This document shows, piece after piece, positions 58,075 through 64,000 of a stretch of DNA of 64,000 nucleotides. A program made the position numbers and the translations under genes. This DNA is from Blepharisma stoltei ATCC 30299 (taxonomy: Eukaryota > Protista > Ciliophora). Location of the stretch: the NCBI GenBank assembly GCA_965603825.1, contig CBFDEM010000005.1, positions 744,001-808,000 on the forward strand, in the 5' to 3' direction. The first letter of the stretch is position 1; each line of letters starts with the position of its first letter. Below the pieces are notes generated by a model, which worked only from the letters and a program-made list of their open reading frames with translations, was not told the DNA's origin and searched no databases.

Positions 58075-59082
58075 ATGAAAGAAATTCTCACTTTTCAATT
58101 AGGTAACCAAGGCAATTTCGCAGGCGCCTATTTTTGGCAAATCCAAGACGCATATCAGCATGGCTTTGAATTTCACGACCCATTTTTCATTCAAAACGCA
58201 GACCGATACTATCCTCGAATGATCGGCCTTGACTGAAAAGCCAGTCTATCATATCCCACCCCAAGGCTACCTCAATCTGAAATTTTATGGTAATTTGTTA
58301 TCAGGGAGGGAAATATCAAAAAATTCGAATCCGAAGCTTCCTCTGAAGTAAAATGAACAGACTTAATTATAGGGATGCTTGACATAAGAAATTTGATGCC
58401 CTGCTATAGAGATGACCTGATGCACGACGAATTAGAAGAAAAAATCAGATGGCTGGCAGAAAAATCAGAATCAGCCCAAGGCTCACATATTCTTGCAGAC
58501 TGTGAATTTAGCAATTATTTGCTTGAAACTATTGAAATTTGTGAAGATTTTTTCCCAAAATTGCCGACATTTTTGATGTCGTTTAACTATAAAATGTCAA
58601 TTGAAGAAGAATTTATGATGCATGAGCTGTCGAATTATTCACAAATTTTGCATGTAATTTGTAACCAAGCTGACGATAAGACAGGGTGGGCAGCTGCTGC
58701 GACTGTATTGGATTCTACTTGCTATTGGTATAGAAATCAAGAACAAAGGATAGGAAATATTATTCAAGGACTAATGCCGAGGAGCCAAGGAAATTTGGTA
58801 TCAGCAGAAATGAGCGGAGATTTTGAATATAAACTTGGGCCGAGTGGAAATGAGATTTATTCTCTTGAATTTTCCAGAGGAGATGAGAACTGTGAAGCTG
58901 TGCCAATTCCGAATGGATTCCCTATTTCTTTTGAAAGAGAAAATATAAAAATTTCGGCTAATACTGGGATTTATGAATTTTTGGAAGAATTCAAGCAGAG
59001 ACCTGACCATAACCATAATCGTGATGAGCTGCTGGAAACAAGAAATTATTTATCCTCACTTAAAGATAACTATATGTTATAA
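58075..59082 (+). CDS. Misato/DML1 tubulin-like protein (short form); one 15-nt intron
   Basis: MKEILTFQLGNQGNFAGAYFWQIQD (Misato segment II), YYPRMIGLD, VK-W(TGA)-TD and LEEKIRWLAEKSESAQG. Confidence 0.8.
58290..58304 (+). other. 15-nt intron GTAATTTGTTATCAG
   Basis: Removes an in-frame TAA and keeps the frame with the downstream ORF. Confidence 0.8.
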
Positions 59083-59304
59083 GCAATTTTTTATTACTAA
59101 ATTATGAAGTTAACAATGATTATTACTTTTCTTAGTTGAGATATATAATAATTTTTAACTGAAAATCGCATAATTTCTTATTATCCTGCTATCTAAATTC
59201 CTAAACGTCCATTCATTTTAATCTTTTACATGGTAAATCTGGACCATTTCCAAAAACATCACAAATTCTCTTTAAATTTTGCGATTTAAACACGTGTATA
59301 AAAA

Positions 59305-61548
59305 ATGGTTAAATGCCTCTTGCTATTTCTAGCTTTGTCTTGCCTAGCACAAGATGCTACATATAATCAAGATTCATCATCTACAGAGGAAATCTCTACT
59401 GACGAAGAACCTCAAATTCCAACGGAAACTTCAGAAACACCTGACCTTGATTTAGAAATTTTAGAGGATTCCGATGCAGAAAAGCATGAATTCCAAGCAG
59501 ATGTTTCCAGAGTTATGGATATATTTATTCACTCTCTCTATACCCACAAAGATATCTTTCTCCGAGAAACTATTTCAAATGGCTCAGATGCATTGGATAA
59601 AGTCAGGTATCTTTCCATTACTGATGATTCTGTATTAGGAGATAAAAAAGACCTGGAAATTTATATTGAGTATGATAAAGAAGCTAGAACTGTAAGTGTG
59701 ACTGATACTGGGATCGGAATGACCAAGGATGACTTAATTAAGCATCTAGGAACCATCGCAAAGTCAGGAACTACACAGTTTGTCGAAGCATTATCAGCTG
59801 GCACAGATATAAATTTGATAGGGCAATTTGGTGTTGGTTTTTATAGTAATTTCTTAGTTGCTGAACAAATTATTGTTACCAGCAAACATAATGATGATAG
59901 TCAACACATTTGGATGTCAAGGGCAGGAAACACCTTCAGCGTTATTGAAGACCCTCGTGGAAATACACTTGGAAGAGGAACTAGAGTTACTATTAAGCTT
60001 AAACAAGATGCATTAGATTTTGTTGATGAAGAAATTTTAAGAAAAACTGTTAGAAAATACTCTGAGTTCGTCCAATATCCTATCTATTTAAGAGTAAAAA
60101 AAGACGTTTCCAAAGAAGTCGAAGATGAGGACTCTCAAGATGAAGAAAAATCAAAAATTGTCAGGGAAAAAGTCTGGCAATGGGAACGTGTTAACGAAAA
60201 CAAGCCTATTTGGCTTCGTGAAGATGTATCAGATGAAGAATACTCGAGCTTCTATAAAAGCTTAACTAAAGATTCCAAAGACCCAATGTCTTGGATTCAT
60301 TTTACAGCAGAAGGTGAAGTAGAATTCCGAGCTTTACTTTATATTCCAAAAACTTCTAGCTCTGATTTATTAAGAAATTATTATTCACAAGCAGCTCCAA
60401 TAAAACTCTACGTTAAAAGAGTTATGATTACTGAAGATTTCCAAGAGCTCGTCCCACGGTATCTTAGTTTTATCCGTGGAGTTGTGGACTCTGATGACCT
60501 ACCTTTAAATGTAGCCAGAGAAAATATTCAGCATACAAAGATTTTGAAACTTCTTAATACTAAAATTACACGCAAAATTCTGCAAGATCTGCAAGAAATG
60601 GCTGATGAAGGAGCTGATGAGGACGGATTTAATGAATATATAGAATTTTTCAAAGAATTCGGAAAACATATTAAACTTGGCCTTATGGAAGATGGGAAAA
60701 ATAAAGCCAGACTTTCTAAGCTTTTAAGGTTTTATAGTACCTATAACATTAATGAGCTCACTAGTCTTGATGATTATATTGGGAGAATGAAAGAAGGCCA
60801 AGAAGATATCTTTTTCATTGCAGGAGATGATAAAGCCAAGCTATCCCAGTCCCCACTTATACAGAAACTCAAAAAACTAGGCTATGAAGTCTTAATTTTA
60901 GATGACCCTATTGATGAATATGCAGTAAATTCTTTACATGAATATGAAAAAATGCATCTACAAAATGTAGGGATTGATGAATGGACTCTTCCAGAAGAAA
61001 ACGAAGAAGAAGCAAGGAAAAAAGAAAAAAAGCTGAAAAAGTATTATTATGTACTCACAGATTGGCTTAGAGGTTTGATACCAAATAAAGTAAACTCGGT
61101 TACCATCAGCAGTAAGCTTGATGATGAGCCAAGCATAGTAACTACAGGAGACACTGGACAGTCTGCAAATATGGAAAGAATTAGCAAGCATCAAGCATTT
61201 GGTAAAAAAGATCAATCAGCGTAAGCTTTATTTAGATATGAGCCAACGAAAAAAATATGGGAACTTAACCCAGCCCACCCAATGGTCAAAAAAATGAATG
61301 AATGGGCTAATGTAAGAAATATTTAGCTTTTACCTAACGACATGGAACTTCGTGACCTCGCAGCCATGATGTACGACATATCCTTAATCCAGTCAGGATT
61401 TTTCGTATCCGACCCACGCGATTTTTACCAAAAAGTCCAGTGGATGATTGCCCAAGATATCGGGATCGACTCTAAAGCCCCTTACAAAGAGCCAGACGTA
61501 GAAGTAGAAATGCCACAAGATGAAGACGTTGAAAGTTTAGACGAATAA
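59305..61548 (+). CDS. ER-type Hsp90 (GRP94/endoplasmin-like); two 15-nt introns
   Basis: Signal peptide, HEFQADV.R, FLRETISNGSDALDK, LGTIAKSGT, IGQFGVGFYS and GVVDSDDLPLNVARE. The introns restore the ELNP.HP motif and the C-terminal domain. Confidence 0.93.
61221..61235 (+). other. 15-nt intron GTAAGCTTTATTTAG
   Basis: Removes a TAA and restores KKIWELNPAHP. Confidence 0.9.
61312..61326 (+). other. 15-nt intron GTAAGAAATATTTAG
   Basis: Removes a TAG and joins to DLAAMMYDISLIQSGF. Confidence 0.9.
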
Positions 61549-61560
61549 TCTTAATTTAGC

Positions 61561-62496
61561 TTATATGAAATACCCAAATAAATCTGACTCAGTGATAATC
61601 ATTTCTAGTCGATTATCATTCAGCTTATAAAGTTTCCTCTCATGAGACGCTGCAAGTTTTTGTATCATTGTTTTCATGGTGTCGTCTTCAGTAATTATTC
61701 CAAATCTAGACAGTCCATAGTCCTCACTTTCATTATTTATCTCTCCAAGGACTGTTAATATAGAAGTCTGAGGTGTCAAATAATTCCCAGACCTAATAAT
61801 CTGTGGGATATCAGACAAAAATAACACCCCAGCGACCCTGTTTGTTTCGTCTAATAATGGTAAAGAGGACAATTTATTGTTTGCCATGACTCTTAAAGCT
61901 TGAATTAAAGTAGCGTCTGAAGAAATCGTGGTAATGTTCTGCGTTGTCCCAATATTGAACTCTTTTAATGGCAAATCAAATAAAGTTGAGTCAGCCACAT
62001 AATTTTCCACAAAAAATCTTAAGACTGCTTCCATGCTCAAAATTCCGAGGACTAAGTTTTGCTTTGGCTCTATTATAGGAATTCTGTGTAAATGGTTGTT
62101 TTTTAGAAGCTGAGTCGCGCTTAATAAGTTATCGTCACTGGTGACTGCGATAAAGCCTGACTGTGAAGTTTCTTCTCTTCATACTGAAAGTGTTTTTAAT
62201 TTTAATTTGGTAATGATCTGCAGCTCTTCAAGCTCCATATCGTCTTCACTGTATTGAGAAATTATGATTTCTAATAAATCACGGTCAGTCACAACTCCTA
62301 CGAAATTCAAGTTTTCAGGATCTCATATGAGAGCGACATCTTGACGATGGCCCAAACTTAGCTCGATAACATCTAATAAGCATAAATCTTTGTCTAAAAC
62401 TAGCACTTTGCCTGAAGGGGGCAGCATTTCATATAAGCTTTCTGTGTGCAGAAACCTGCTGACGCTTTGCTTTACGTTTTGTTTGTCCTCTTCCAT
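61561..62496 (-). CDS. CBS-domain protein, AMPK-gamma/SNF4-like
   Basis: ATG at 62496. LYEMLPPSGKVLVLD, ALI-W(TGA 62323)-D....FVGVVT..D, LSV-W(TGA)-RE, HRIPII and LSSLPLLD. Confidence 0.88.
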
Positions 62497-62598
62497 ATGG
62501 ATTTATTTAAGATTATAAAATTTTTAATAATTAAAAGTCTGATATAGGTAGAAATTCTCCAAGGAAAATAAATTATATGGAAAAATACAAGAAAACCC

Positions 62599-64000
62599 TT
62601 ATCTGCCATAATACACATTGGGCTTGTATGCTTTTGGAATTAAACTTGGAGGGTATAAGACGACGTCGTCTATTTCAGTTTTTCCGTCACTTAAAAAGTT
62701 TAACCCTTCTTCATTTAAAGGCGCAACTCTGTTACCTATTGGTCTCACGGCTATAATTCTTTCACTTTCAGAGTCACCTCTTGAGACTGTTTTTGCTGAG
62801 TTTCTTTCTGTATCATTATTTGGCACACCAACGTAGCCTTTAGGGCCTATCACTTCTTGTTTTTCGTTAAATTTTACAAGGTTGGCTTGGACTCTATTTG
62901 ATCTTCCTGGCTTATAAATAATCATGTTTTCTCCTTTGTCTTGTTTATTCTGCTCTGTTTGCTCTTCCATTACTTTATCAAGAGTTCCTTGGAATTCTTT
63001 TTCAATATATCTTTGTTCTCTTGTAAACATTTCTTCATCACATGCCCCACATATAATCATTGCATTTGCAGAAACCTCCATGCATCCGCCTATTATTTGT
63101 GCAATATAAACTGCAAGAGCTAATGCATAGATTGATGGTCCTAGCCTAGAAGTGATAGTATTTTCATCAAAATCTACATTTCATTCACTAAAAACCACCA
63201 TTAAAATATAAGTAATTGTAAACCCTGAAAGCGCTAACATAATTTTTAATAAAAATATCGAAAAACTGCCTGCACTAAGTGGCTCTTCTATACGTTTTCC
63301 ATTTCTGATTAGTAGGAAATATGACTCTTTTGCAGAAATCACATATGGTTTTGCAAAAATTGCAAGATAAATATATGAATATTTTGTATAATATTTTAAA
63401 AAACCTTCATATAAAGCTAAACAAGGGCAGCAGACACCTATTCAGAATTTTGAGCATTTAGAGGTTTTATTTGGGTAAGTTTTTGACCTCAAAAATTTAA
63501 AAAATATGATAGGAAAAGTAAATAGCATATTAAATAATGCTCCTCTAATAACAGATCCAATATGATATCTCATTACATTTTTATATGATCTCCCTAGCGG
63601 ACTCCACATCACAGATTTTTCTCTATTAAAATATCAGAATCCAATAGCTCCTCCTATAACAAACTCTGAGATAGCTACTAAAAATTCTAATCACCAAAAA
63701 ACCATAAAAATGACAAATAATAAAATTCATTTATTACTTGTGTCGTATTTTATATTTTTTATTTCACCGCCAGGGACTTTGTTATTAAGTAGAGTTTCTG
63801 TGCTCCCCATACTAAGCGTTCAAGCGATAATCAATATAAAAATGGATAGCACAAACAGCCCAATAAAAACTTGGCTTGCTATGTATCAATATAACTTATC
63901 AATTCTATGAATAGGTTTGCAAGTATGCTTAACCATTTCTATACTCAGCTTCATTTTTGGCTTGAAAATATAAATTTGGCATAAGAAAAATAAAATTATC
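62599..64000 (-). CDS. Choline transporter-like (CTL/SLC44) protein, 5' end outside the window
   Basis: Continuous frame with multiple TGA=Trp. FW-W-LEFL.A.SEFVI.GA..F-W-YF, RYHIGSV and YIYLAIF.KPY..SAK motifs. Confidence 0.85.

Noticed and set aside
1472-62325. Selenocysteine or Cys decoding of TGA
   Set aside because: TGA aligns to invariant Trp, not Cys, in many non-redox proteins.
1-64000. Prokaryotic systems (CRISPR, operons, defence islands) or Mycoplasma/mitochondrial origin suggested by UGA=Trp
   Set aside because: The gene content (RPB2, TRAPP, Myb, DP, ciliary proteins) and spliceosomal introns are nuclear-eukaryotic, and no repeat-spacer array was seen.

Overview
This is a gene-dense, AT-rich eukaryotic window that reads as macronuclear (somatic) DNA of a heterotrich ciliate, most like Blepharisma. 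Two features drive that call. First, in-frame TGA sits repeatedly at invariant Trp positions (Myb, PWWP, Ariadne, DP, DEAH, AMPK-gamma, ZW10, WD40), while TAA and TAG end genes. Second, genes carry tiny 15-nt GT-AG introns, almost all with an A at position 10. The supplied ORF track therefore fragments many genes. Re-read with UGA=Trp and intron removal, the window holds about 40 protein genes, including RPB2, ZW10, NEK, an atypical TGH MAPK, TRAPPC5, a CNBD K+ channel, Ariadne, SLC37, OSCP1, a DEAH helicase, UBA5, DP, SPAG16, a SUN protein, ACP, Misato, GRP94, AMPK-gamma and CTL, plus a decayed Rab pseudogene. The most unusual items are: an 80-aa protein made of a histone H3 N-terminal tail with no histone fold (candidate histone mimic); an apparent 13-nt spliceosomal intron inside a PHD finger; a PWWP + TFIIS-N-like + TFIIS-M protein divergently paired with a stand-alone SRI-like domain gene; and an apparently inactive NDP-kinase domain inserted into one copy of a duplicated unknown domain. 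All family calls come from motif recognition by eye, not from database searches. No rRNA, tRNA, telomeric repeat or intact transposon was recognised.
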